A stretch of 64,000 nucleotides of DNA from Bdellovibrionota bacterium (GTDB taxonomy: Bacteria; Bdellovibrionota_C; UBA2361; JAAYZI01). Positions 19,788 through 29,478 of this stretch are shown here, in pieces; positions within the stretch are counted from its first letter, which is position 1, and the number at the start of each line of letters is the position of its first letter. The translations under genes and the position numbers were made by a program. The stretch spans positions 529,454 to 593,453 of the forward strand of contig JBMNIF010000002.1 in the NCBI GenBank assembly GCA_050950765.1. Direction: 5' to 3'. The notes under the pieces are model-generated. The model made no database searches, was not told where the DNA came from, and saw only the letters and a program-made list of their open reading frames with translations.

Positions 19788-20702
19788 ATGAGTAATATAG
19801 CTTATGCCTATAACGATGACGAAACTGTTAACGAAGAATATAGGAATCACGCCAAAGAATTAAAATTGATGTACGGCTTTAATGACGGGAGCCCAAGTAT
19901 AATTAGTGCCTTCTGCGGCCTTTTAAAGGGAGCACTTTTACTTGTAATGGTACTGGCGATATTTTCAATCGCCATCTTGATTATTTACCTCAGTCAACAT
20001 CAAGAACAGATCCCTGCTTTTAGAGCAAAAGTCACAAGTATTATCTCCACCTACTCCGGCTTATCATTCGGCGAAATAGAAGAGATGCGTCAAAATGTTT
20101 CAAGCTCCTTAGAAAAAACAATTCCTCAGATAAAAGATCTGGCGCTTTCAGAAACGTCACGCAGCGCTGTCTCTGCTTCTGAAGCAGACCTCGCTCTTCT
20201 AAATAGTAAAGTTGATATGAGCGAGCCTATCGTAAGAGCGCTCTACAATTCAGGGGTAACGGAGCCTGCAAAACTGATTAACGCTGGTATCGTTATTAAA
20301 GAGAGTAGATCCCAAAAGGTCGACCCATTACTAGCGCTTGCAATCGCAATGCGTGACAGTAAACTTGATGCTTCATCAAAAAGCTTACGTGGTTTTGGAC
20401 TTTTTAAGATTAGTAGCAGCAAGATCCCCAATTTAACCAAGTCACTCAATATGGCAACACTTACGGAAGAAGCTCTCCTTATTCCCGAGATCAATGCCAA
20501 GATAGGTGTTAAATATATTGCGTTACTCGGTGAAAAATTTCGTAACGCCCAAGAGTCAATAATTTACGGCTACTATCTTGGTGCTAAACCGTACCTTGCA
20601 ACACTACTAGGAAAAGAAACACTCTCAGAAGACGCTATTAATTACGCACACACTGTTTCAGGCAATTACCTCTCCCTATCAAAGAGAGTACGCCCTAACT
20701 AA
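19788..20702 (+). CDS. Membrane-anchored protein, possible degenerate lytic-transglycosylase-like domain
   Basis: One TM helix. LLALAIAMRDSKLDASSKSLRGFGLFKI and IIYGYYLG resemble the SLT ES..GAxGLMQ / YNxG blocks, but without the catalytic Glu. Confidence 0.3.
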   Translation: MSNIAYAYNDDETVNEEYRNHAKELKLMYGFNDGSPSIISAFCGLLKGALLLVMVLAIFSIAILIIYLSQHQEQIPAFRAKVTSIISTYSGLSFGEIEEMRQNVSSSLEKTIPQIKDLALSETSRSAVSASEADLALLNSKVDMSEPIVRALYNSGVTEPAKLINAGIVIKESRSQKVDPLLALAIAMRDSKLDASSKSLRGFGLFKISSSKIPNLTKSLNMATLTEEALLIPEINAKIGVKYIALLGEKFRNAQESIIYGYYLGAKPYLATLLGKETLSEDAINYAHTVSGNYLSLSKRVRPN

Positions 20703-20852
20703 ACAGCTATAATTTTTTGACCCTCATAAAAATCTAGCTGATTCGGTTTTTAGTCGCAGCCCGCTCAATTATCACTAGAGGAAGGGTCGTCCCTAAAAAG
20801 CTCAAAACCGTCTCTGCTAACATCTTGATATTATTAGCTATTACAATTTTAG

Positions 20853-22478
20853 CTAGAGATAGCCTCTTAGGTTTTCCATAACGGAGGTGATGTTTTGGAA
20901 ATCTACATATTCACGCTGCACCTTAAGCTCTTGCGGTAGCACCTCCTGTTTAGAACCTTTATTATCAAGTCTAATAACGAAGAGGGATATTTTATCGGCG
21001 CACTTTTCATATTCATCTATAAGATCCTGTATACCATCCCCCTTTGTGATCGGAGTGTCCGTTATAACGATTACAGAACGGTTAAACTTAGCCTCTACTG
21101 CACAAACTTCCTTTAGCGCTTGAGTGATAGCACGACCTCCGCCGCTTGGCGCTCCTATATCAGCACGATCTGTTTGCAGACCTTTACCTTTACTTTTACT
21201 TTTTACCTTACTTTTTTGCATCAGATGCAGAGCGTCACTTACCTTACTTTTATCTCCGACCTCAATCACACTATTTTTAGGAGACCCACCGTCTGCAACA
21301 ATCAGGTGTAAAACATCTTCATTTTTAGGAGTAAGCCAAAACTTTCCCTCCTCATTTTTCGCAATATCTGCGAAGGCTTCTTTTAATTCAGCACTAAAAC
21401 TATCTCTTAGCCCCATCTCCGCATTTAAAACAAATACTGCATAGCTCGGCTTTCTTAAAAACTCCTGATACCGTCCTAAAAACCTATTTAATTGAAACTT
21501 ATTTAAGCCGCTCCGCGTTGAAGCCTTTTGCAAGGGGCTTAAACCTCGCCAACTTTCAGAATCGTAATACTTACCGAAAGGAGTTCTGAAAAATGCACCT
21601 GCTAACCTTTTTTGTGCAGTCTTTCCCGTTAAGTAACGTTTAATATCTCTCACAAGTTTTTGTCTCTCCTTATCGCCTTTATGGAGATAAACAAGTTGTG
21701 CACTTATCCCATAAGGAGCTTGTGTAAAGTAGAGTACATCTCTCGGGATGAGCCCTTCTTGACGCATCTTTTTATTAAATCTAGCTGCCATGCGTTCTGT
21801 TACAATAACAGCATCATAGTTGGGGTCTTCAAAAACCCCTCTAAAATCAAGGGGATTAGGAGAGATAAAAGCTGCATTAGCTATAAAACGTTTTAAACTT
21901 TTTCTTAATTCTAACGGATTTTTTTCCGTTCCTTTTTTTTCTGCTAGTTTTAGAACTCCCAGATAAGTAGATAACCCGACGGGATGGTGCGTTGGCGTTA
22001 AAAAAGCGTATTTTAAACCCCCTTTTAAAGTTTCCTCAAAAAAAGCTTCCGCCTTTAAGGTACGATGAAATCCGTCTTGAAACGGCTTCCCCTTATCCTT
22101 ATTAAACGCCACAACTATGGGGCTAAACATAATCTGTTTTATCTCAAGAGCAAGTCTTGTCGCTGCGGAAAGTTGTAGCCACTCTATGGAGGGCATCAGC
22201 ACGATATCTGGATTTTGCAAAAGGTCTTCCTGCTGTAACGTTTGTAAGATCTCCGTGCTGGAGAGGTAGCGCACCCTAAAATCGTATTTATGATCCTTAC
22301 GTTGCTTAGCGTAGATAAATTCAGTAATTGTATTTCCCAACTCGTGCAGATCTGGTGTGGCGATTATCTCAAAGGTGGGACGTTTTATTACGTTATCACT
22401 TTGAAGGTGTCTAAAGACAATTCCGAGTGACACGATACAGATTATACATAAGGTTAAAAAAAGGAGCTTCTGTCTCAT
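20853..22478 (-). CDS. Secreted or membrane-anchored protein with possible C-terminal vWA-like region
   Basis: N-terminal signal/anchor. C-terminal SVIVITDTPITKGDG resembles the vWA TDG block. Last gene in the same orientation as the Tad-like operon. Confidence 0.35.
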   Translation of the reverse strand: MRQKLLFLTLCIICIVSLGIVFRHLQSDNVIKRPTFEIIATPDLHELGNTITEFIYAKQRKDHKYDFRVRYLSSTEILQTLQQEDLLQNPDIVLMPSIEWLQLSAATRLALEIKQIMFSPIVVAFNKDKGKPFQDGFHRTLKAEAFFEETLKGGLKYAFLTPTHHPVGLSTYLGVLKLAEKKGTEKNPLELRKSLKRFIANAAFISPNPLDFRGVFEDPNYDAVIVTERMAARFNKKMRQEGLIPRDVLYFTQAPYGISAQLVYLHKGDKERQKLVRDIKRYLTGKTAQKRLAGAFFRTPFGKYYDSESWRGLSPLQKASTRSGLNKFQLNRFLGRYQEFLRKPSYAVFVLNAEMGLRDSFSAELKEAFADIAKNEEGKFWLTPKNEDVLHLIVADGGSPKNSVIEVGDKSKVSDALHLMQKSKVKSKSKGKGLQTDRADIGAPSGGGRAITQALKEVCAVEAKFNRSVIVITDTPITKGDGIQDLIDEYEKCADKISLFVIRLDNKGSKQEVLPQELKVQREYVDFQNITSVMENLRGYL

Positions 22479-22540
22479 AACAGAATGATTCTATTTAAGT
22501 GCCCCTCACGTCAAGAGAGAGAATATCTAACAAAGCATAA

Positions 22541-22650
22541 TCTTCTTTAAGAACTTATAAAGGTGCCCCTACCTGTGTCAATAAGGGAGGCACTACCTGT
22601 ATCAACTGTAAACTTATAAAGGTGCCGCCCGCATAGATTGGTAAAGATAT
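22541..22650. repeat. Intergenic degenerate duplicate of the 3' coding end of the tadG-like gene
   Basis: cctgtgtcaataagggaggcactacctgtatcaactgtaaacttataaaggtgccgc...catagattggta matches 22858..22945 inside the gene at about 85%. Confidence 0.65.
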
Positions 22651-22698
22651 GGTAGAGATAGAGATCGGTAAAAATAGAGGTGGGGTATTTAACTCCCC

Positions 22699-24600
22699 CT
22701 ACTCAATCTCAACTATCTGATACGGATTAACCCCCACTACATAATCATCCATAGCATCTTTAATCTGCTGGGCTTGCGTTCTGCAATCCGTAGTTACCAA
22801 CTGACCGTAACGTGTTCGATCACATTGATTTTTGCGCCATTCAGCTCCATCACAGATCTCCCCCACCTGTGTTAGTAAGGGAGCCCAGACACCACCTGTA
22901 TCAACTGCAAACTTATAAAGGTGCCGCATAGATTGGTAGAAAGGCTTAGAGGCGGTTTTGTTATTAAATACACCTTCACAATCACTACCAAAATCAGAAC
23001 ACCCTGAGCTCCCTCTTACAAAATCATATATACCGGTTTTATTTTTTGAAGACCTAAACTCAGCATCAGTAAAACACGTCCCCGTCTCAGTATTTTCTAA
23101 AGCAACCCAGTGTGGTCCCACATCCTTACCAACAGGAAAGATGTGTAGAGGGATATTGTTGGCTACCATAGTATTAACTACCCTCTGCAATTCATTCATG
23201 CCGTTTACATAGTAATTATAATCGCTTGCATTGCAATGTACTCCTGTAGTATCTCCATCCCAACAAGTTTGTAAACCATCAGTAAAAAGCACCACTGCAT
23301 TAGAAACGTTTTCAGAAGCCCCCTCACTATCAGCAAGTAACCTCTGAACCGCCTCTTCAAGCGCCTGCTTTATATGTGTTTGCCCCCTATTCGCTTGCGG
23401 ACGTTTATTTATATCTACACTATCAAACATAGGGATTAAACCGTACCTAACAGCACGCTCTACACCAGCACTTACATTTGAAAAAGGATCACGCGTATTA
23501 ATATCATCACTATCAAAGATACAGCCCTCTTCATCTGTATCTCCATCAGAGTAATCGGTAAAATTTATTAGTTGATCTAACTTATCGGTTAAGACCGTCA
23601 TCCTTGGCCAGAAGAGACCGTTTGAAAACATTATAACTCCCGCCTTATCTCCCGCTACGCTACGCGCCTTAAAAGCTTTTAAGGCGTTATGAATACCGTC
23701 ATAGATATCAGCTAACGGTTGAGGTCTCCCTTTAGTGCCTACTCCCCTATAAGCATAAACATGGAAAGACTCTCTACTGCCAAAGTTATATCTTTCATCT
23801 CCGATCTCTCTAGTAAATTTATCTTTACACGGATCAGCTGTGCTTGGGCAAGGGTGGAGATCTCGAAGCTCGTTACAAGTAAAATTATTATAATCGTCAT
23901 CACCAAGTACAAACTTCTGTTTGTAGTGCTTTGTATCTTCTCCAAAAGAAGTAAGCCTAAAAGTATAACAAGTATCACTTATCACATAATCAGGGCAATT
24001 ATACTCAAAATTAAAGGTATCTTGTGTAGTAGAGAAAGAGGTATCAACTAAAAAATAGATATGCCTCGGCACCACCATAGCCGTAGCTTTTACATAGGGG
24101 GCGATCTCTTTTATACCGAAGAACCTTCCAAAAGACATCTCCGTATCTCGTACATAGTTACCTGAGATACGTACGGCGTTAGGAGTGGTGCAATCTCCTG
24201 TCTCATCCGGAGTAAAAACCTGCTTTCCTAAGCTCTCGTCTCTCTTCCAACACCCCAACTCTAAACGAAAGAGGCTTTCTTCACCTAAACCAACTGCCCT
24301 TTGAGCAGACGCAGCATCTTCACTTTTAGGATCGTTATCATTTAATAACTTATTTACAGCCTCTACGGCTGCCTCTTTTGCCGCTTCTTTAGTTTCGTTA
24401 AGTGCCCTCGCTGAAACGTACTCTTCTAAAGCTCTTAAAGTTGCAAGTTTGGTATTTTGTCTCGCTTTTTCAGCGTCGTTCATCATACGACTAACATCGA
24501 TAACTATGGCAGCGAGACCAAAAATAACTATCATCGAGATACAGAAAAGAACCATAAAACCGCCGTTTTCTCGCTTCTTCATTAGCACCTTCCTTTTCAC
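22699..24600 (-). CDS. TadG-like pseudopilin with vWA domain
   Basis: N-terminus FMVLFCISMIVIFGLAAIVIDVSRMMNDAEKARQ is a TadE/G-like hydrophobic segment. MIDAS motif FLVDTSFST (DxSxS). Confidence 0.6.
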   Translation of the reverse strand: MKRKVLMKKRENGGFMVLFCISMIVIFGLAAIVIDVSRMMNDAEKARQNTKLATLRALEEYVSARALNETKEAAKEAAVEAVNKLLNDNDPKSEDAASAQRAVGLGEESLFRLELGCWKRDESLGKQVFTPDETGDCTTPNAVRISGNYVRDTEMSFGRFFGIKEIAPYVKATAMVVPRHIYFLVDTSFSTTQDTFNFEYNCPDYVISDTCYTFRLTSFGEDTKHYKQKFVLGDDDYNNFTCNELRDLHPCPSTADPCKDKFTREIGDERYNFGSRESFHVYAYRGVGTKGRPQPLADIYDGIHNALKAFKARSVAGDKAGVIMFSNGLFWPRMTVLTDKLDQLINFTDYSDGDTDEEGCIFDSDDINTRDPFSNVSAGVERAVRYGLIPMFDSVDINKRPQANRGQTHIKQALEEAVQRLLADSEGASENVSNAVVLFTDGLQTCWDGDTTGVHCNASDYNYYVNGMNELQRVVNTMVANNIPLHIFPVGKDVGPHWVALENTETGTCFTDAEFRSSKNKTGIYDFVRGSSGCSDFGSDCEGVFNNKTASKPFYQSMRHLYKFAVDTGGVWAPLLTQVGEICDGAEWRKNQCDRTRYGQLVTTDCRTQAQQIKDAMDDYVVGVNPYQIVEIE

Positions 24601-24786
24601 TATTATTTAATCGATAACATTACTTTTTCTCGAGCTATTAAGATTATAAATTTAACTCTACTATTTAAGTATTACGTAACACTTACTTCTTAAGATATCT
24701 AAAACTTATTACTAATAAGGTAGAGAGAAGGATTATAAAGTTACTCGCTATCATAATCCTTCTCTGCATTTTTTAATTATTCTTCC

Positions 24787-27700
24787 TTAACCTTGCTTGC
24801 TACGCACAACCCACTCACTTGTCGTTTCCATATAGTCACACCCAGCTATCTTTGTAATATCTCCGCAATTTTCGATCTCAGATTCTGTCATACATACTTT
24901 TTTCTCACCTATGGTAACTTCTTTTTTACCACTTTCACAAACGCACACACACTCACCTTTACTATTTCTTGAAGCAACAAGGCTTTGATGCCCACATTGA
25001 ATTTTTGTCTCATCACATCCGCAAGCGCACTCATCGGCGTAATACCTTTCATCTTCTCCACAGCCGATATTTATTTTAGAATTACCCTTAAGATTTCCAT
25101 TATCATCGTACTTACAGACACAAGTATTGTCTTCTACAATCTCGTTCTCGCCGCAACTTACACACTCTTCATTTTGCATTACAAACCCTGAATTGCAGAT
25201 ACAATCACCTACTTCTTCATCCCATACTGAGTTTTCAGTACACGTCTGACATTCACAATAAGAACCATTCATAACGAGGTGTTGGTTCTCTCCTTGACAG
25301 AAATCTCCTAGGTTTGCAGCACCTGCCCCGTCTTTTTTCTTAGCACGTCCTGTTAATGAGTCTCTATCATAGATACAAGCACACTGCGTATATATAGATG
25401 CAGAACTACTTCCACTATGCGGCACAAGTTCTGTCCCATCAGGGCAAAAATCACAACTACAATTAGTCGTATCTATTAAATATTGCCCCTGCTCATGACA
25501 CTTTTCTTCACTAGTTGTTATATCATCATCACCATCAATCCCAGTTGTACAGTCGCAACCAGTACCATCTTCATTTCCAACAAAAACTGTGCCATCTTCT
25601 GCGCAATCAACACATTCACAAGATGCTTCCTTAAATTGTTTACCTTCATGAGCGCACTTTTCCTTTACAAGCGCTTGAACTTCTTCACTACACTCACAAT
25701 TTAGTGACTTGCTATCAGTTGGTGTTTGAGAATCTTCAAGGGTGTTCGGAGTGCCCGCTCTATAATTACCGTCACAGATACACCCCGACCCATCTTCAGA
25801 TAATCTTTGATTGGGATTAGTAGTGCACGTCACACACGCACACTCTGCATAATCAAAGTATTCATCGTCGTTGTCACATTCTTCTTCGAAGTGTTTTCCA
25901 CCTTCTTCACTATACTTACACTCTTCACAGTTTAACTTTGTTATATCTGAAGACTCACCTAACTTATGATAAGAATCGCACGCACAAGCTTCTACTCCGA
26001 CCCCTCCAGTACTTGTAGTATTCTCTCCGCAAGAGAGGCAGTCACACTTTTCATAATCGAAGTATGTACCTTCAGGACATTTAGTACCATCACTACCAAA
26101 TGCAGCGCCGTCTACGTCTGAAGCATATTTACAAACGCAATCTCCTATCTCTTCACCTTCAGTAGATATAGTTTGATATGGAGTACAACAACTGCACTGA
26201 GTTATACTAAAGTTTCTTGAGTCCTTAATACAGGCTTCGTATTTGGTTTTAGTCTCTCCCTCTGTTATATTACAGGAACAGGTGCTACCTTTTACCGCTA
26301 CACTATCTTCACATTTACAATAAGCAGCGTTACCTTCTCTAATAAACGTACCACCTGTTTTTTCGCATAACTCTTCAAGCGTAGCAATATCAACATTATT
26401 AGGTCCAGCACCGGAGCTATTGCCCTTACCGTCGCCACCGCCGCTACCACCTTTTCCGCACTTTGCAGAATCTGTACAGGTACAACTTAAGCCGTCACCT
26501 TTATAGCCGTTAGTAGTATCACAGACACAAGTTGTACCATTAAAAGTTGCTCCCGTAGCAGTACAACACTTCTCCTCCTTGCAGGAACACGATCCCTTTT
26601 CACTGTAATAACCTTGTGAGTTGTCGCAGACGCAAGTATGGTTACCTTGTGCATCAGTACCTGCCGCATAACCTTTCTTAGAATCACAAACACAGTTCCC
26701 ATTAGCATCTTGGAAGGTATTGGCTATACAAATACACCCTGCTTCTGTTGCTTCTCTAAAATCTTGATTTCGACAAACACAGTTATCTGTCCCTGCTTCA
26801 AACTCATTACTGACACAGGTGCAACTACCATTTATCAGTGAACGATTGTTTTCACAGACACAGTTTCCGCCGTATGCCTTAAAGTATTTATTCTCATCAC
26901 AGACACAGATACCGTCTTTCCTTATATAATTATTACGGCAGACGCAGTTAGGCAGCTTAACAGAAACGCCCTCTATTGTCTCAGTTTTATAACTCAATAC
27001 CTCATTATTCGAACAACTTCCTATACCACCACAATCACAAGTATCTTCGCTAAATGGATTATAACCATGATCCTTACACCAAGCAGAGATCTCTCTTTTT
27101 TGAGCTTCTGTATAATTACATTCACACCTTTCAGTAGCAGAATTGTAAGTTTTATTTCTATCCCTACATTCGCAATCGCAGGTAGCTTTATTAAACTTTA
27201 AACCTCGATCACTACACCATTTTTGCACTGCCGTTTCATTACAAGAGCCGCCACCGCCGCCACCTGCTAGATCTCCAGCAGCTACTCCACCTCCTGTAAT
27301 ACCATCAGAGATATCACAGCTACAGATCTCAGTGTAATACGCCACCTTTTTATCGTAGCAGTATTGTTTAGAATTTGGTGTATTAGCCTCCTCATCATCA
27401 CACTCACAGGCACAGGTATCTGTATTTAACTTACCAAGCCCGTTCTTTGTTATACAATCTTCAGGGGTAAGGGGGCACTCACAAACCATACTCCCCTCTT
27501 CCTCTGTAACTACAAAGTTCTCAGGACAGACACACTCATAATACCCTTTTTTAGTCTCTTTTACCGTCCAAGCTCCACTTCCACAAGAATCACAGGAGCA
27601 GGTCTCTGCGTTAAAGATAGAAGCTCCTTGCCTAGTACAATCATCTTGAGAATCCCTATATTTAGGACATTGACATTCACAATAATACTTCGTCTCTTTT

Positions 27701-29475
27701 TTTTCATTTATAGTTATAGTTTTAGATTTTTTACTAGGTACCTTATTCCCCTTACATCCATTAGGATCACAACTAAGCTCACATGTATATTTATCGTTAT
27801 TTTTAATAAGGTGTGCTTGGAGCATTTTATCTCCATCTAATCCACCTAGCTTTGAAACATCACATTCGCACATACAGTTATCTTGATTAACTTTCTGATG
27901 GTCAGGATCGTAGCAGTTACTATTCTCTTTAAAATATTCTTTTAAAGTATATATTTTGTAACAATCACAACTATCACGTGCCGTTCTTCCCTTTTTAGCT
28001 GGATCGCTACAAGCACAATATAAAGATGAAGAGTTAGCACTTCTCTCAGTGCCTTCAGGACAATCGACACAAGTCCAGTGCCCATCGATTACTTGTACAG
28101 TTTGATTATCTTCACAATCACAATCACAAGTTGGAATTTGGCTTGAAGGTGTCAAGCTTTTACAAAGCCCTTTTTCACATTCGCACCATTCATTTCCTGC
28201 CCCATCACTCTTTTTAACAGAGCCTCGATTACATATTTGACAATTACCGCTGGCATTTTTTACATAATTATCATTACAAACACACTCTAAACCATCTTCA
28301 GAGGCGTGCGCATTAGATCCGCACTGTACGCACTGACAGGCACTATTAACTACTGTTTTACACCCTTCAAAAGTTGCCTCATCAGTAGGTTTAAGATCTG
28401 TTGGTGTAGGATTAGCACTATTGTCGCAACAGATACTATCACCAACCTCCTTCCAAACTAGCTTTGAATAATCGCAGACACAACTGTTATCTTCTGCGCT
28501 ATACTCTTGATTCTCCGCACAGTTATTACAGTAACAGCCGCCACCTGTCTCGTAAGTGCCGACTACGCCTGCACACACAAAGCCACTCCCCTCGATATCA
28601 TAGAGGCATCGACATCCACTCCCTTCTTCATCTGTATACAACACCTCATTTGGTCCACAATTTGTTGTATTATTTACACATGCACAGACTCCACGCTCAT
28701 CTCTAATAGCGACCTGATAGGCGGTATTACAATTAATCAGTTCAGGCTTACAAAGACACTTTCCATCTTCATCCTTTTCACACTCTAATAACGGCGGCAT
28801 ATTTGATTTCGTACTAAGCTCTCTATAAGCAGAAGCTTTAGCTGTAAAAACAAAATCAGGTATCCACGGTGAAAGTGTTTTATACTTGGTGTGGACTGTC
28901 ACTTCTATTGGGATTCTAGTTAGACCGTCTCTTAACGATTTCGATTCCTCAGTAGCTTCACCCTCAAGAGCGTACTTAGCTCCTTGAACGGGGAGTTTAA
29001 TCTCTATTATTCCTTTATCTGTTGCTTTTCCTTGCTCGTCATCTCTTACAGCTAATAGCTGCACAACCCCTTTGTCATTAACCTTTCTCTCTTCAATCTC
29101 TTTATCGTTTAGAGTTCCGATTAAAAAACCCTCCATATACTTATAAGCACGGTCTCTAATGCTTATCATCGCAGGTGCATTTTCTTGAATACCAACTTCA
29201 CTACACTCTTCCTGACCAGTATTCATATTCACTACGCAAAGATCTTTGACCACATCTTCAAGATCCGGCACAACAGCTGCCAGTTGTGCAGCCTGTTCTG
29301 CTGCATTTTGGATGGTGGTCTTAGCATAAAGCGCAAATGAAAAGTCTATAATTCCTAAAATTAGGATTAGGAATATCGGTATTCCTATGGCGAACTCAAC
29401 CATCGTTGCACCACAATTTCTTACGTTGTTATTTTTAATAGTAGTCATAATAATTACCTCATTAAATACCAACAC
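24787..29475 (-). CDS. Giant (1562 aa) TadE-like pseudopilin-N-terminus protein made of cysteine-rich CxC repeats
   Basis: N-terminus GATMVEFAIGIPIFLILILGIIDFSFALY (TadE-like). About 1300 aa of repeating C-x-C-x(10-16)-C units (CVCDENKY.., CVCENN.., CTCVSN.., CVCRNQ..). Gly-rich linkers (GGGGGGS). Start overlaps the stop of the upstream tadE-like gene. Confidence 0.6.
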   Translation of the reverse strand: MLVFNEVIIMTTIKNNNVRNCGATMVEFAIGIPIFLILILGIIDFSFALYAKTTIQNAAEQAAQLAAVVPDLEDVVKDLCVVNMNTGQEECSEVGIQENAPAMISIRDRAYKYMEGFLIGTLNDKEIEERKVNDKGVVQLLAVRDDEQGKATDKGIIEIKLPVQGAKYALEGEATEESKSLRDGLTRIPIEVTVHTKYKTLSPWIPDFVFTAKASAYRELSTKSNMPPLLECEKDEDGKCLCKPELINCNTAYQVAIRDERGVCACVNNTTNCGPNEVLYTDEEGSGCRCLYDIEGSGFVCAGVVGTYETGGGCYCNNCAENQEYSAEDNSCVCDYSKLVWKEVGDSICCDNSANPTPTDLKPTDEATFEGCKTVVNSACQCVQCGSNAHASEDGLECVCNDNYVKNASGNCQICNRGSVKKSDGAGNEWCECEKGLCKSLTPSSQIPTCDCDCEDNQTVQVIDGHWTCVDCPEGTERSANSSSLYCACSDPAKKGRTARDSCDCYKIYTLKEYFKENSNCYDPDHQKVNQDNCMCECDVSKLGGLDGDKMLQAHLIKNNDKYTCELSCDPNGCKGNKVPSKKSKTITINEKKETKYYCECQCPKYRDSQDDCTRQGASIFNAETCSCDSCGSGAWTVKETKKGYYECVCPENFVVTEEEGSMVCECPLTPEDCITKNGLGKLNTDTCACECDDEEANTPNSKQYCYDKKVAYYTEICSCDISDGITGGGVAAGDLAGGGGGGSCNETAVQKWCSDRGLKFNKATCDCECRDRNKTYNSATERCECNYTEAQKREISAWCKDHGYNPFSEDTCDCGGIGSCSNNEVLSYKTETIEGVSVKLPNCVCRNNYIRKDGICVCDENKYFKAYGGNCVCENNRSLINGSCTCVSNEFEAGTDNCVCRNQDFREATEAGCICIANTFQDANGNCVCDSKKGYAAGTDAQGNHTCVCDNSQGYYSEKGSCSCKEEKCCTATGATFNGTTCVCDTTNGYKGDGLSCTCTDSAKCGKGGSGGGDGKGNSSGAGPNNVDIATLEELCEKTGGTFIREGNAAYCKCEDSVAVKGSTCSCNITEGETKTKYEACIKDSRNFSITQCSCCTPYQTISTEGEEIGDCVCKYASDVDGAAFGSDGTKCPEGTYFDYEKCDCLSCGENTTSTGGVGVEACACDSYHKLGESSDITKLNCEECKYSEEGGKHFEEECDNDDEYFDYAECACVTCTTNPNQRLSEDGSGCICDGNYRAGTPNTLEDSQTPTDSKSLNCECSEEVQALVKEKCAHEGKQFKEASCECVDCAEDGTVFVGNEDGTGCDCTTGIDGDDDITTSEEKCHEQGQYLIDTTNCSCDFCPDGTELVPHSGSSSASIYTQCACIYDRDSLTGRAKKKDGAGAANLGDFCQGENQHLVMNGSYCECQTCTENSVWDEEVGDCICNSGFVMQNEECVSCGENEIVEDNTCVCKYDDNGNLKGNSKINIGCGEDERYYADECACGCDETKIQCGHQSLVASRNSKGECVCVCESGKKEVTIGEKKVCMTESEIENCGDITKIAGCDYMETTSEWVVRSKQG

Positions 29476-29478
29476 TTC

